Of a DNA stretch of 64,000 nucleotides, positions 1-13,646 are shown piece after piece. Source of the stretch: Podarcis cretensis (taxonomy: Eukaryota); the NCBI GenBank assembly GCA_951804945.1, contig OX638150.1, positions 35,836,001 through 35,900,000 of the forward strand, in the 5' to 3' direction. Made by a program: the position numbers and the translations under genes. The notes beneath the pieces were generated by a model, which was not told the DNA's origin, did not search any database, and saw nothing but the letters and a program-made list of their open reading frames with translations. Numbering within the stretch: the first letter of the stretch is position 1; each line of letters opens with the position of its first letter.

Positions 1-769
1 TAATGTATATGATGCAAAACAAGGGTGTTTTTCTATGGCATATACAGTACCACAGTGCAATCCCACAGTGTTTAGGAATGAGCGTTACTGGGGGCAAAGT
101 CCATGTTTTTACATCTTGGTTATAGCAAAATAGGACAGTACGTCAAGTTGGACTTGAGATGCTAAGAGAGAAGTAACGCTTTAAAGTCAACTTTATTATT
201 CTGATTACTTGTGCAATGTAGTTAGTGCACAGATAAGTTTTTTATCTCTAGGGAACATTGCACACACAAAACTATGGCCATGGGTTACAGGAAATTTGCA
301 TGTATTATATGTACAAATAATACAAATTGCAGATCTTACAAGGAGGCCATTGGGCCATGGCTGGTGGATATATTTTGCTTTCACCCTGATGCTATTTGTG
401 CAATTTTCAGCACAAAGTAATTTTCTGTATAGCTTGGACCTGATGTGAACGGAAATCTCAGCAGCAAGAGCTGTTTGTTGAATTTTGTCAAGAAAAGCTA
501 GGTCAGTGGCTGAGGTCCTCTTTTGTGTTCCATCTCTTCCAGATAGATAGGTACTGATTATTCTGAATGAATCCTTTCTAACCCCTTACTTGAATAGGTC
601 ATGCACTGTTGGTATCTGATTGATGGCAGTTGATATGGATAATGCACACAGCTCTGAGTATGATATTCTATAAGGAAACTTAATCAAACCACTATTGTGG
701 ATTCCAGCAGAAAGTCCTCAAAAAGTATTTGTGCAACATTATTTTTCAGTTCAACCTCCATGGAGCCGC

Positions 770-803
<34 letters not shown>

Positions 804-855
804 TCCTTCTCCATCTCCTCCTCCTCTTCCTCTTCTTTTTGTAACTGGAGACACA

Positions 856-1196
856 GGTAAAGGTAAAGGGACCCCTGACCATTAGGTCCAGTCATGGCTG
901 ACTCTGGGGTTGTGGTACTCATCTTTCTTTATTGGCATAGGGAGCCAGCTTACAGCTTCCGGGTAATGTAGCCAGCATGACTAAGCCGCTTCTGGAGAAC
1001 CAGAGCAGCGCACGGAAACACCGTTTACCTTCTCCTATTTATCTACATGCACTTTGACACGCTTTCAAACTGCTAGGTGGGTGGGAGCAGGGACCGAGCA
1101 ACAGGAGATCACCCCGTCTTGGGGATTCGAACTGCCGACCTTCTGATCGGCAAGTCCTAGGCTCTGTGGTTTAACCCACAGCGCCACCCGCGTCCC
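856..1196 (-). mobile_element. Sauria-type tRNA-derived SINE, full length
   Basis: GGGACGCGGGTGGCGCTGTGG head, B-box GTTCGAATCC, (ACCTTT)n tail; flanking duplication AACTGGAGACA (843-853 / 1198-1208). Confidence 0.9.
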
Positions 1197-2314
1197 AAAC
1201 TGGAGACAAACCAAATTTAAAACAAGCGAACAATCCCAGAATGCAGAATATATATGGACTAGTAGATTAGCAAAGTCTCTCATCTACACTCCACAAACCA
1301 CCTTGGTCCTCACCTTTTGGATCCTACCTCCTCTTCTGAGGTTCTTGGAAACTTTTGTCTGACCATGTCAGCCAAGCTCCATTAAACCTTATTGTATCCA
1401 GAACTGGTTGTTCCTACGTCAAGGTCTGCAATGCTCCCTATCAATAATCTCTATATTTAGTCTAACAATTCTTCTGGCATGAATCATGCACGGTAACTGT
1501 ATAAACACATCCTTTATATATATATCTTTATTTACCTCCCTGGTCCAAATGTTCTACAGTAGAGGGATATATTTAATATGCATCTCATCCTTCTTCAGTT
1601 CCTTCTCATGCTGTCTCTTCATCTTTTTCAAGTCCTCTGGCTGATTGACAGGTTTCTCTCTAATGTTTCTAGCTAAGGGTTAATGTTTCTGAAAGAGGAG
1701 ACATTGTGGCATGTGGTTAGCTGCTTATCTTAGCTTGGTTCCACTACTGGAGGAGGAATGAAAGGAGGAGCAAGATTTCCATTGCTAAATTGTGCACATG
1801 AGCAGAAGGTGGGAGGAGCTGAAGAAAAACCAACCTTGATCACCACAGTAATTTACAGCCTGTGATATATGCTACTGAATACTGATTTCATAACATAGCA
1901 ACGAATCCACTATCTGGGTGGAATAAAACTGCAGCCATACCACCCACTCCCAAACTGATTTTCAACAGGTGATGTAGGACTCTCCCCTGGTTCAAAATAA
2001 ATGTGTTCTTCACAGACAGAGCTGCCCCAATACATTTTGGTTTCTAAGACGAAGACAAAGATGGCACCTCCCCTCTTCCTATGTATAAAAGCTGACCAAA
2101 CTGACAGCTGAGGCTTACTTCAACATGGAACAACATCTCCACTACAAATGAGGGCAGCAGACTACCTTCAGGGTGGTCCAGTGAGGTAGCATGAATCAGT
2201 CCACTCCCCACCCCTCAGCATTTGTTGCCTAAGGTGGCTGCCTCACTCTGCCTCATGATAGAGCTGGCCCTCTTGAGAGAAGCACATATCCTCACCCAAC
2301 TCATTTGGGAGTGA

Positions 2315-2587
2315 GTGTGGTGTGGTGTAGTGGTTAAGAGTGATAGACTCGTAATCTGGTGAACCGGGTTCGCGTCTCCGCTCCTCCACATGCAGCTGCT
2401 GGGTGACCTTGGGCTAGTCACACTTCTTTGATGTCTCTCAGCCTCACTCACCTCACAGAGTGTTTGTTGTGGGGGAGGAAGGGAAAGGAGAATGTTAGCC
2501 ACTTTGAGACTGCTTAGGGTAGTGATAAAGCGGATATCAAATCCAGACTACTACTCCTCCTCCCCTTCTTCATCTTCTTCTTCTTCC
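2315..2587 (+). mobile_element. tRNA-derived CORE-type SINE (MIR/Squam3-like) with simple-repeat tail
   Basis: TGGTGTAGTGGTTAAGAG A-box, GGTTCG B-box, GGGTGACCTTGGGCTAGTCAC core. Confidence 0.7.
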
Positions 2588-2782
2588 TACAATGGAGGCA
2601 GGTTCAAGGAGAACTAAAGGAAGGAAGCTATTGAAATTCACAAGAAAACTAACAAATGACTATTCATACACTGGGAACTGAAGCATGTGCATAAGGAGTT
2701 GTCCAGTGAAAGTCACTTAACTCAGAGTTCAGGAGACTGATTCTAGAAACAGAGGTGAGTGGAAAAACCAAGAATAAGAATA

Positions 2783-3246
2783 CCAAGAATATTCTACAAA
2801 AATATTATAAGTTGTATGATTATCTACAAAAATATTATAAGTTGTATGAATGTTAAGTATTTGCACGATTTAGAAAATACCAGCTCCAGCGAATAGGCTT
2901 TGTAAAATAGAAAACTAAGTTATAAGTAAGAAAAGGTCAAAATTTAAGGCAATATTTTGTTTAATTTTAAGGTATGAGCAATTGGTAAAAATTATTTTAA
3001 ATTTAGAAGTATAATATTTGGAAAGTACAAAATAAGGTATGAAATAAGGTAATAATTTGCTGACATTCTGATTATAAATAATGCAGGGTAAGGAGATGCG
3101 AGGAAGTCCAGTTAGTTATATCTTTGTATTTGTTTTTTATTCTTTATTTCTTTCTTTTTATCTTGGTGTATTTGTTTTGGCTTTTTGGTGTAGGGATTTT
3201 GTATTATGTATTTTGAAAATTTAATAAAATATTTATTAAAAAAAAA
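2783..3246 (+). mobile_element. AT-rich LINE (L1-like) 3' end with AATAAA and poly(A)
   Basis: TTTAATAAAATATTTATTAAAAAAAAA terminus; AAGAATAA-like flanks; internal ~30-bp tandem duplication 2793-2849. Confidence 0.45.
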
Positions 3247-3354
3247 GAATAAAATATAAAATACTGATAGACACGAAAGATAGAGGAGGTTTCTCCCTGC
3301 TGGATATGAGATTATATTATGAAGCATTTTCTCCATTGCCTTCTTTTTGGTATT

Positions 3355-3706
3355 TACCACTGCCCGTACGGGCCAGTCTTGACAGACTCTAGGGTTGTGC
3401 GCTCATCTCACTCTATAGGCCGGGAGCCAGCGCTGTCCGCAGACACTTCCGGGTCACGTGGCCAGCGTGATGAAGCTGCTCTGGCGAGCCAGCACCAGCG
3501 CAACACATGGAAACACCGTTTACCTTCCTGCTGGTAAGCGGTCCCTATTTATCTACTTGCACCCGGAGGTGTTTTCGAACTGCTAGGTTGGCAGGCGCTG
3601 GGACCGAACAATGGGAGCGTACCCTGCCGCGGGGATTCGAACCACCGACCATGTGATCGGCAAGTCCTAGGCACTGAGGTTTTACCCACAGTGCCACCTG
3701 CGTCCC
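3355..3706 (-). mobile_element. Sauria-type SINE (GCCCGTACGGGC-tail subfamily)
   Basis: Same head/body as other copies; near-identical to 39584-39953. Confidence 0.88.
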
Positions 3707-4106
3707 TATTTGGCAGATTATAAAAGCAGGCATTATGTAAGGCCCATTATTCAATTCCCTTGAGGACGCATCTGAGGAACTTACACACATAAAAGTGGAT
3801 AGTGTTACATGTCAGGCTGCCCCTGCAATTCTGATGTGCACCTGCAGCTAAAATGGTCATTTTAACTCCATCTAGCAATTAGGCCACCCGGGGCCACTTC
3901 AAAAGAAACTAACACCCCCCCCCCATTTCGTCAAGTACCATGAAGCAAAAATCTCAAGTCTCTCAGAAATGTTCTTTCATTAGATTCCCTTGCTGCTGAT
4001 TTTTAAAAAAACAAAACAGAAACTTATCAGCTCTCCAGAGAGGTGGGACAACCAGCCACTGCTCAGTTTCACTAGTTGTACAATTTTACTTCACTATAGC
4101 TGCATA

Positions 4107-4367
4107 CAGTGGATGCTCGGGTTGCGAACGTGATCCGTGCAGGAAGCACGTCCGCAACCTGCAGCGCCCGCAATCCGCAGCACCGCGTCTGCGCATGCGC
4201 AGCTCGCGATTCAGCACTTCTGCACATGCGTAAAGTGCGATTTAGTGCTTCTGCACATGCGCAAGCGCCGAAACCCGGAAGTAATCCGTTCCGGTACTTC
4301 CAGGTTCGACACGGTGCATAAACCGAAATTGCACAACCCAAAGCGTCTGTAACCCGAGGTATGACTG
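4107..4367. mobile_element. Tc1/mariner (Tigger/pogo-like) MITE
   Basis: TA|CAGTGGATGCTCGGGTT...AACCCGAGGTATGACTG|TA termini. Confidence 0.75.
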
Positions 4368-5284
4368 TATTTTTCAAATTATTCATTGGCTAGCATTAGC
4401 TGTGGGGTTGGGGAGGAAATTAGGAAGCAGGGAAAAAAGAAAACTCCAGACACCAAACCATTTGGCCTGGTCTGAAAGGGACAAAGCTGGTTTAAAACTG
4501 AATAGGCAATAAATCATGTATTCAGATACACACCCATATTTGGTTGGCCTATCTGGATTCTGAAGAAAAGAACATATTATAAGTTGCAGGCTTTGTTTTG
4601 CACTCATCGCTGCCACCAGGGAATGAAAGTTAGAAAGGTACCTTGAAAAACAGGATAAGTGTGACAAAGGAAAACTCCGAGTCAACTTTGCTCTTCAAAT
4701 AATGCAGGATTTTGACTATCAAATGCATTTGTGGCCATTCTGGGCCACAGAATAGGACTGAATGGCTCGGAAGGAGTGATGAAGGGTGGTGCAAATTATA
4801 TGTCAGTCACACATTAGTCCCTAGACACTGCTAAATCAACTCATGGGGGGGGGACAATGTGAGGAAGACACAGCCTTTCAGTTTGTTTGACTTGCTGCCT
4901 TCTTGTACATTGATTTTGATTTGATTTTCTGTAACCTGTGGCATCTACACAATTAGCAGTGCAGAATAAGTTTAGTCCATTATCATGCATAACATTATTC
5001 CAATAAGTCCCTTTTTCATAAAAAGGGTATACTTCAGATTTCGTTTCTTCTTCTACAGTCTAGCATACCAGTTTAGGAACTCACAAAAGGAAAGTAATTA
5101 TGACTGCATGAAATGAATTCATTATTTCTGTTAGCATGTTATTGTTATTTGTCTGATGATGTATATAATCCCCCTATCACCCCAAAACACCCCAAACTTC
5201 TGTCTATTTGTGTCAGAACATTATTGAATTCAGCTTTGGCGATTCAGATGTTTTGGCTTAAGTGCTCATAAATCAGCACATTTA

Positions 5285-5610
5285 CAGAGCCTAGGGCTTG
5301 CTGATCGGAAGGTTGACAGTTCGAATCCCCGCAATGAGGTGAGCTCCCATTGCTCGGTCCCAGCGCCTGCCCACCTAGCAGTTCAAAAGCACGTCAAGTG
5401 CAAGTAGATAAACAGGTACCGCTCTGGCGGGAAGGTAAACGGCGTTTCCGTGTGCTGCTCTGGTTCGCCAGAAGCGGCTTAGTCATGCTGGCCACATGAC
5501 CCGGAAGCTGCGGACAAACTCCGGCTCCTCAGCCTATAGAGCGAGATGAGCGCCGCAACCCCAGAGTCGTCCATGACTGGACCTAACGGTCAGGGGTCCC
5601 TTTACCTTTA
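5285..5610 (+). mobile_element. Sauria-type SINE, slightly 5'-truncated
   Basis: B-box, body and GGTCCCTTTACCTTT tail. Confidence 0.88.
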
Positions 5611-8600
5611 AACCATCAACACACCAGTCTTAATTTAAACATACAAACTGATATATACACTATCCAAATATGCAGACAGGTATCCACACAAAATTGACAT
5701 TTGTAACAAAAAAATGTTCAATTGTAGCAAAAGTGGGGAGGTCCTCAAATCATTGTATAATAGATGGTGGGTGCTTATCCTCTGGACGTCAAGTACAAGT
5801 CCCTTGGCAACCATAAAGGCTTGTGAGAAAGGTCATAATGACCCACACTTTGAACTGGACCTGGAAAGCAACAACTCAGAAGCCAGTGAAGCTTTTTCAA
5901 AAAAAGGAGTCAATATGCTTCCAACACCTAGATCCCAGTAAACAATTTGGCTGCCACATACAAGAAGTTCTTACACGCTTCAGAAAGTTCAGAAGCAGCC
6001 TCAGAAAACCGCTAGAGTTCAGGTGGCAACACAAAAGCTAGTCATTTTCTCCTTCTGCACTTGTACATGAAAAATTCACGCCAGGACTGAGACAAAATTT
6101 GAGAAACTCAATTAGTTTGATCCCTGAAGCCTGGCAGAGGCAAGGGAGTCGTGGGTGGGTTGTGACTTCATGGGAGACATAGCGATTTGGAGGCTAGTTT
6201 GGGATTTCAAAAGATCATGCCTGGCAGGTCCAAGAGCCCAGTGGCTGCAACCTGGAAGGCAGAAGTGTTGATTAACGTTTTCCGAGCTCCAAATGAAAAG
6301 GAATCAAAGGAAGCCAATAGAAAAGGATGTGGCAAATGGCTGATGAGCTGTTCTGCACTGATTCTTAGTATCCAAGGAAACAGCTTGAGGCTGCTAGCTC
6401 CCAGGCAGAATCTATAAGGATATTCTGAGTTAATTTGTCCTTTCATTGCTTTGTTGCCATCTCCTGTCCTCTCTGCACCACCCATTAACAGAGACATCCT
6501 CTTGTTCCTAACTGCACAGACACACCACTTTTGCATTGCCATTCTCTCTCTCACTTCCAGTCTTGCCTCCATTTAAGCCCATCTATAACCAGACATTTTG
6601 TAGTTAGGGGGACTTACGGAAATCATTGCAGAACAGCCAGGACATGAAAACAGGTTGCCAGGTAGACTTAAAGTTATTTATCTGCCTTAAATACAAATCT
6701 TGTAACATTTAAAGCAAGAGTCTAGTGCTAGTGTCAGTCATCCCAGAGCCTTTGCACCCATTTGTCAGAGCAAATTTACACCTTAATGAGCAATTGGGTA
6801 GAGTCTTGCCTGCTTGCTTTCTCTTATATATCTCCATGAAAAAGAGACTAGAGAGGCTTACTTTCTTCCACCCCCTCCCAATGAATCATGAAAATTCAGA
6901 GAGGGAGCCTAGAACAGCCCTGTGGGGACTCCCCCACAATAGGTCTCCCAGGCCTATGCTCCTGGCCTGCTTGCAATGCCTTAAATAAAGGGCAACGTTT
7001 TCTTAAAGAAAGAAAAAGAATAATCAGTGACTGCTCAGTCAGGGAAACAACATGCTGTTGCCAAAAATCAGGACATTTTCAGTTCTGTTCTTTTATGGAG
7101 TTTTGGACCTATTTAGATTATAGGTTCCAGGAGCCAAAGCTACATCATCAACCATTAGCATTGGTTGGCAGGCATAAAGTATTCCGAATATCTTGCCAGA
7201 ACAGTCTGGACATCATTAGCATCATTTATATAAAAATGAAACATTTGCCGAACCTTAAGAAACTTGTCTTTCTTAGTTTGTTCCCAGCTCAACTGTATTT
7301 TATACGCTGGTTTCTCCATAAATATTAAAAAACCGCACCTGGTTGTACCAAGCCTCTTTGCTGATTCCCTCTAGATGTTTCCAGTTTTTAAGAACCAGCG
7401 ATTCGTGCTGCAGCTAGGAGATGCAGAATCAGTTCTTTTATAATGGTGACACTCTTCATTCAGTCCTTCCTGTGCCCTTGGAAAGGGAACAGATGGGGTC
7501 TGTATAATGGCCTGCTTAGTAATTAGCTGAATTTTGACACAGATCATATCCCAGAACTCTGATACTGATGGGCAGGTCCCACCATGTAGAAGTATGTGTC
7601 CTTACTAGGTTTCCTGCACCAATATGGCGGGGAAAGATTTGACTTTATATATGGAAGTTTAATTGGAGTGAAATGCCATCTAAATGCCATTTAAGTGTAG
7701 TTCCTTTTATTAGGGCAGAGGTTGAGCATAATGAGGCTCTTCACTGAATTTTACTCCAGCTTGCTGAGTTATTAAGCTTATACTGTAAATCATCCTCCAA
7801 AGACAGCTGAAAAGCAGTCAAATTGCCAATGTCTAGTGCTTATTATTTTATAGGTGACACTTGACCTCTGGCATTGGGGCCAAAAGAAATAATGATATGT
7901 TCAAAACTTTTAGTTGCCTGCTTATCAATAACTAACGTAATTTGGCTGTAAAAGATCCCGTTGGCCAAAGCTGTCATTACCTGATGAGGCCACTACTACA
8001 CTCTGAAGATGGAGGACTGAGTTTGATTATAATTGATTAATCTGGTTGGCTCTGTGACATCCCTGGGGGATTTTCTTGAAGATTTAGCTGGTGGCCCTCG
8101 TCTCCACATGGGATGAGGGGATGAGACAGCACAACCTCTCCCCTTGCAGCTGTATAGGTTTGGCAGATGTCTCTTGGGTATTCATAGATGCTGAAGGGAA
8201 TGGAGGTTGACCATTAGAGCAGAAAACTCTCAATGAATACAGTGGAAAAGCAATTGACATTAACTTCAGTGCCCACAGTATCTATGATCATCCTTTACTT
8301 GTTGCAGCCTGCTGCAAATAGCACAGAATATTCCACTGTTAAAAACCTTTGGATAACACCACCCAAACATTTTGGAAACTTTGCTGTCTCTCTCCCTTGG
8401 GTATTACTAAAAAACATTATTATGGTAAGAACTCTATTTATTAGCAGCAAAAAAGAGGGGGGCTGCTTGCCGCTGCACTCAAAAACCACCTACATCTGAG
8501 ATGCTTTTAACAACAAATATACCTACATTAATCTCACTATTTCAGCAGCAAAACTGACACATCACACATTACCATGGTTGTTCAGGTGGAGGTTAATGCT

Positions 8601-8915
8601 TTTGCTTTCTGTTTTCTGTGTTTATTCCATAGTTGCACAAAATATTTGTGAAATTATTTAGGCACTGCTCCTCTGAAGCCGCGGAATGTGGTGGCCACCT
8701 TGACTTATAGAATCTACATTTCTTTCCCTGTCCCCACAAAAAAATCAACGTTAGAGTTCCATGTTGGAATCTGTATGCCAAATATTCTGTGGATGCATGC
8801 AAATCAGGGCCATTCATTACATTTCCAGAACTAAGATGTCCAATGTTGAAAAGATAGACTGGTGGATTCTAAAGCTTTGCCCAGTCTTGGTCCCAACCAG
8901 GGCTGGGAAACCTTT

Positions 8916-9955
8916 TGTGACGGAAAAGTTGGTTCCACAAGTATTTCATTTTACTTTTATCTCCTGCCAGCAAATGGTTAAAGAACGGCATCCTCTGATT
9001 GGCTGAGGTTCCAGGAGGGAGAGTTTAAAAGGAGAGGCTTTGGAAGGAAAGAGTTAGGTTGGTTTTGAGTTGTGGTTGTGGAGGGTGCTGGAATAGAGGT
9101 TGGAGAGGTTGGGAGGTTGGAGAGGTTAGGTTGGAGAGGTTAGGAGATAGGTTGAAATATACAGAGTGCTGAGGAGGGAGAGTTGGTTCAGGAGAAAACA
9201 TTCATGCCGAGTGTACAGAGAAGGACTGAGTGTAGTGTCCTGCAGGAATAATAGGACCAGATCTTGCTGGGAGACTGAGGGAGAGACAGGAGAAGTAGCT
9301 GGAAAAGGATCAGTCTACTTCGGTAGAGTCTGGAGGGGAGAGACTCTTCTGAGGAAGGAAGAGACTCCCAAAACCCAGTTAAGGAAGGTGGGTTGTGAGC
9401 CCTTAAGACTATTACTGAAAGTTACCTCAGGAGTTGGAAAGTGCTGCCTCAGAAAGGGACCAAACTAAAAAAGCTGAAACCTCTGTGAAACGAATTCAGC
9501 AAACTAGCATATTGATTCTGAAGTAACCTAAGTTTCTCCACTTGTATTACAATACAGTAATACCTCAACAAACGTCTGCTTCATCTAGCGTCCATTCTGG
9601 CGAATGTCCTCGGCAAACCCAGAAGTACCAGAAGCACAAACCACTCCATGTGCGTGCGCAGACACTGTGCTTTGCCCTGCATCCTTTTCAGCTAGTGGCT
9701 GGGGCTCCAGAACGGATCCCGGCCACAAAACAAGGGACGACTGTACCTTGTTTTAAAATAAACCTTTATTATTATTTTAAAAACACCCACTTGAGACTCC
9801 AGCTTATTGGTTATTTCCCTCCCAAAATCTCCCACTAGATTCTCTGGGATAGTTAGCATTTGTTTTAAGGGTTGTTCAGTGAGGTGGGGGCAATATATGT
9901 AAGAGAGAGTGGGCAAGTTGGCGCAAGCGGTAACTGAGGCGTCGGGCCCATTGCA
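8916..9955 (+). mobile_element. Solo LTR (LTR retrotransposon/ERV-derived)
   Basis: TG...CA termini, 5-bp TSD CCTTT (8911-8915 / 9956-9960), inverted CCAAT, TTTAAAA, AATAAA 9757-9762. Confidence 0.75.
9555..9743. mobile_element. Tc1/mariner-like MITE nested in the solo LTR
   Basis: TA|CAGTAATACCTC...GGGACGACTG|TA; related to 4107-4367. Confidence 0.65.
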
Positions 9956-10748
9956 CCTTTGGCCCTCCAGCTGCAGCTGAACTACTGCTCCCATCATCTC
10001 TGATCATTGGCCATACTGGTTAGGACTAATGGGAGTTGGAGTCCAACATCATCTGGAGGGCACCAGGTTCTCCAGCCCTGCCATTGGGCAAGGTGGCAAG
10101 CAAATTGGTTGTCACAGCACCCAGGAGAGCTCCTCACGAATCCCATATGACAAGTTCACTGATTGGGGGAAGGAAGCAATGCCTCTCTCTACAGAGGACT
10201 CGGAGCTTGTTAATCCAGAACAAATAACATTGCCTTCCGTTGAGTGGGTATTGCTGTTTCAAAAGGGCCTGAAGACATAGCTGCAAAGCCCTTTTTCAAA
10301 TGCATTTTGTGCTAATTAAATGTGAAATTATTCCCTTCTCTTCTTTTATATCCCAGCACACTGAAGAGTGGGCTGGAGGGAAGGGGGAGCGGAAAAGCCA
10401 CGCAAATTCAGCAAGCAACATGTAAGGAAAGGAGGTATTCATGTGCAGAAAAGAGAAACAAATGGAATGCATAAGTAAATCTATAAGCTAGGGCATAGTT
10501 TATCACACTGTTTTATTGTGAAATAAATAATTTTACAATAAAGCAGTCTAATTGTGCTTACAAAAAAGCAATGTTCCGCTGTCTCTAATTACTATCTGTT
10601 GCTTAGCATACTTTCTCATCTGCCATTCATTGTTACCAAGCCCAACATGAGTTACAACATAAAAGACGCAACATGAAAATACAACACAGCAAGAGCAGAT
10701 AAACCCCCCCTTACTTAATACAGGCATGAATATACTCAAAAAACAATA

Positions 10749-11085
10749 TTTTTAAGTAAAGTTTTATTAATTATTTTCACAATACAATAAAAGTCACACC
10801 AACCCACACGAAGAATAACAAAAAAGAAAAGAAAAGAAGAAATATTTTTTGAAATACAAGATTCTCTCTTACAGGTGTAACCCAACTTTTGTCCCATACA
10901 GAAAAAGATGTCGTCGTCCCCCCAGCTCTCACCTGGAAGCATCCCTTTCTTCTTTCAGCCTCTCACCCTGGGAGATCTCCCCTCCCTTGTCTCTCACACA
11001 AGGTCCTTCAAACGGCCCACCACCTTCATATGCATGCAATTCTTACCCAAATACAACAATAAATAATATTAAGGGAAATAATAAT

Positions 11086-11128
<43 letters not shown>

Positions 11129-11530
11129 GAATAATAACAAAGATGAAGAAAGAGATAAAAATGACTTCCAACTATCCATCCATCAGTTGTGCCAGGAAGC
11201 ATTCCTCATAATAGTTCAATGTCCAATCCCGAATAATATCCATTTATTCCTCCCTCTGCTGATGTTTTTCCAATGTTCAACCCAGGAAGCACAGAGTCAT
11301 TCCTTTCCCTTTCCATCCAAGAAATCCAAGAGAGATTCTCCAATTACAATTATGAGTAAGAGTCAGTCATAGAATTCTTCCAGTCCAACCTCACAACTTG
11401 ACTTCCAGATTAAATATAACAATCCTCCCATTTCCTGTCACCCTAGCTTTCCGCTGTTATCTTTAAGATAGATTTACATTCTACCATTTCCTGTATTTCC
11501 CAATCCTTTTTTTTCTGGAGTATTTCAGGT
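10749..11530 (-). mobile_element. Degraded LINE (L1-like) 3' portion with internal (AG)n
   Basis: Minus-strand AATAAA plus A-rich end near 10750-10770, purine/pyrimidine-skewed 3'UTR; boundaries approximate. Confidence 0.4.
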
Positions 11531-11901
11531 GACATGGTTGCCTTTTCTTCTGAGATCATTCCAAATCTTGCACAGGGCTCACCTTCCGCGGCATTCAAGT
11601 TTCTATGGTCTCCTGCCACTGAGAAGCATTCAGCAATCAGATACAACCCAGGAAGCCACTTTGCAGCAATGTTCTCCTGAAGCACTTGCCTGGCTCGCTT
11701 TTATTGAAGGCTGCTGTTTACTTAGTAACCCCACTGTTTTGCAGAACCATCCATCTTGTTGATGTAAATCGGAAAGAAAGAGTTGATAGGCCTCAAAAGC
11801 CAACACTGTGGTAGCAACTGCTGTGGTGAGATAAGCCATGATAACAGGCATTTGCTGACGCTTCAGGAGTGATGGCGACTGACTGTTAAGGGATGAATAT
11901 A

Positions 11902-12100
11902 ATCTTAGGGTTATAGCAATGGAAGGGATTTCAAAGGGCATCTAGCACAATCCTGTGCAAGTGAAGGAAGCATACTGAAACAACATTGATGGCAAGTGTT
12001 CATCTAGCCTTGCTGCTAATGATGGAGAGTTCGTTACCTTCCAAAGTAGTCTGTTCCACCGTCAGAACAGTTTGTACTTCCAGGAAGTTCTTCCTAACAT
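11902..12100 (-). mobile_element. CR1 LINE 3' fragment
   Basis: Reverse of the CR1-type AGGAAGAACTTCCTG...GGTCCCTTCCA 3' end. Confidence 0.6.
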
Positions 12101-13090
12101 TGTCTCAGGCCACATCCGTACCTTACATTTAAAGCAGTATCATACCACTTTAACTGTGATGGCTTCTCCCAAAGGATCTTGATTCCCATTGGCTTGGCAA
12201 TCTCTTTACATACTTGGTGGTGGCAGTTTCTTGTGAGATGTTCACATGCACACTGTGCCTTTAAAGCACACGACTTCCCACAAAGAATCCTGGGACCTGT
12301 GGTTTACTCCTCACAGGGCAACAATTTCCAATACCCTCAATTCCCATCACAATTCCCAGGATTCTTTGGGGGTAAGTCATGTGCTTTAAAGGTATGGTAT
12401 TTGTTTCTAACCAAGAGGAAAGGTTGTCCAATGGTAAGTTATTGAGCTGGCCTTGGTTGTGCTTCTAATTCCTGCATCACTGCAAGTTGAGCCCTGTTCC
12501 CTTGAGGCCCTTTGGCCACCACATGCCCGCAGCTCTGGGCTGTTCCCTAGCTGGGTGAGAGTGTAGATATGCCCTTGGGGACTCTGCTTCACACAGAGAT
12601 CAGCTTCAGACAAATAATTGATTATGAATCCAAAGTATAGCGTTGTCAGGCACTTGAAGAATGTAACAGCTGACACTGGGGGAAACCACGACGCTTCTCT
12701 GCCTCTTCCACATCTCCATCTTTCAAGGGAAATGAGTGTGTTCTGCAAGGCTAAGCATCTTTCTAGCGCAAACAGCCTTACCTAATGGTGTGAAGCAAGA
12801 GGAACAACAGGCACCAGGTGCCTCAAAGCAAAAACCATAATGCAGCTCAGTGACCTGCCACCTGAGCTCTTTCCTGCTGCTTAATGGCCAATTAAAAGCA
12901 ACGGAGAGCTAAGACTTGTTGCCACTTTACAGAGCCTTCCCCAATGGCTTAGAGTATAATGGGCAGACTTATACCTTGAACACAGAGCACAGCACTGGGA
13001 TTGCATACATTTCTTGCTCCGAGGTAGGGCATTCATCCCGAGCTGTATTGTGCTGGTCAGATCTGCCTGAACGAATTCCTATGCCCTAAC

Positions 13091-13215
13091 AATAACCCAG
13101 AGATGCATTTTACATAAAAGCACACATTCTACTCATGTAAAAACTCCAGGCAGGCCCCACAAATAACCCAAAGATGCATTTTAAATGAAAGGATACATTC
13201 TACTCATGTAAAAAC
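13091..13215. repeat. Direct repeat, two ~54-bp copies inside a non-autonomous DNA element fragment
   Basis: AATAACCCAGAGATGCATTTT...CATTCTACTCATGTAAAAAC at 13091-13144 and 13162-13215. Confidence 0.75.
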
Positions 13216-13296
13216 ATGCTGATTCCCGGACCGTCCGCAGGCCAGATTTAGAAGGTGATTGGGCTGCATCAAGAGGGAGGGTGAGATAAATAAATA

Positions 13297-13467
13297 CTGT
13301 ACATTTCCATGTAAAAGACTAGGGTGTTTTTTTTACTTAAAAATAATGTTAAAAAGGGAGGGTAGTCTTATACACGGGGACAATCTTCCCCAATTTTCTT
13401 AATTTTGAGTCCCCCAAAATAGGGGGCGTCTTGTACATAGGGGGGTGTTATACACGGAAAAATACGG
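13297..13467. mobile_element. Tc2/pogo-like MITE
   Basis: TA|CTGTACATTTCCATGTAAAAGAC ... GTTATACACGGAAAAATACGG|TA degenerate TIRs. Confidence 0.6.
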
Positions 13468-13646
13468 TAAATGCAATGTTATTATATGTAAGTTTCAAGG
13501 CATCTCCATCTGCCATGATGGTGACAGTGTTGCTTCAAGGAGCAATAACTCTGGCAGCGTTAACTTACAAACTTACAAACTGAAGCTTTCAAATATATGT
13601 TTTGGATCTGAAGACAGTGTTATTGGGGAACAGGGTTAGTCAAGAG

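Larger units (their letters stand above)
8898..10080. mobile_element. hAT-like MITE split by an LTR insertion
   Basis: CAGGGCTGGGAAACCTTT (8898-8915) resumes as GGCCCTCCAG...GGTTCTCCAGCCCTG (9961-10080); related copies e.g. 24039-24176. Confidence 0.7.

Noticed and set aside
1100-1196. tRNA-like A/B boxes here and in other SINE heads
   Set aside because: They are SINE 5' ends followed by SINE body and tail, not tRNA genes
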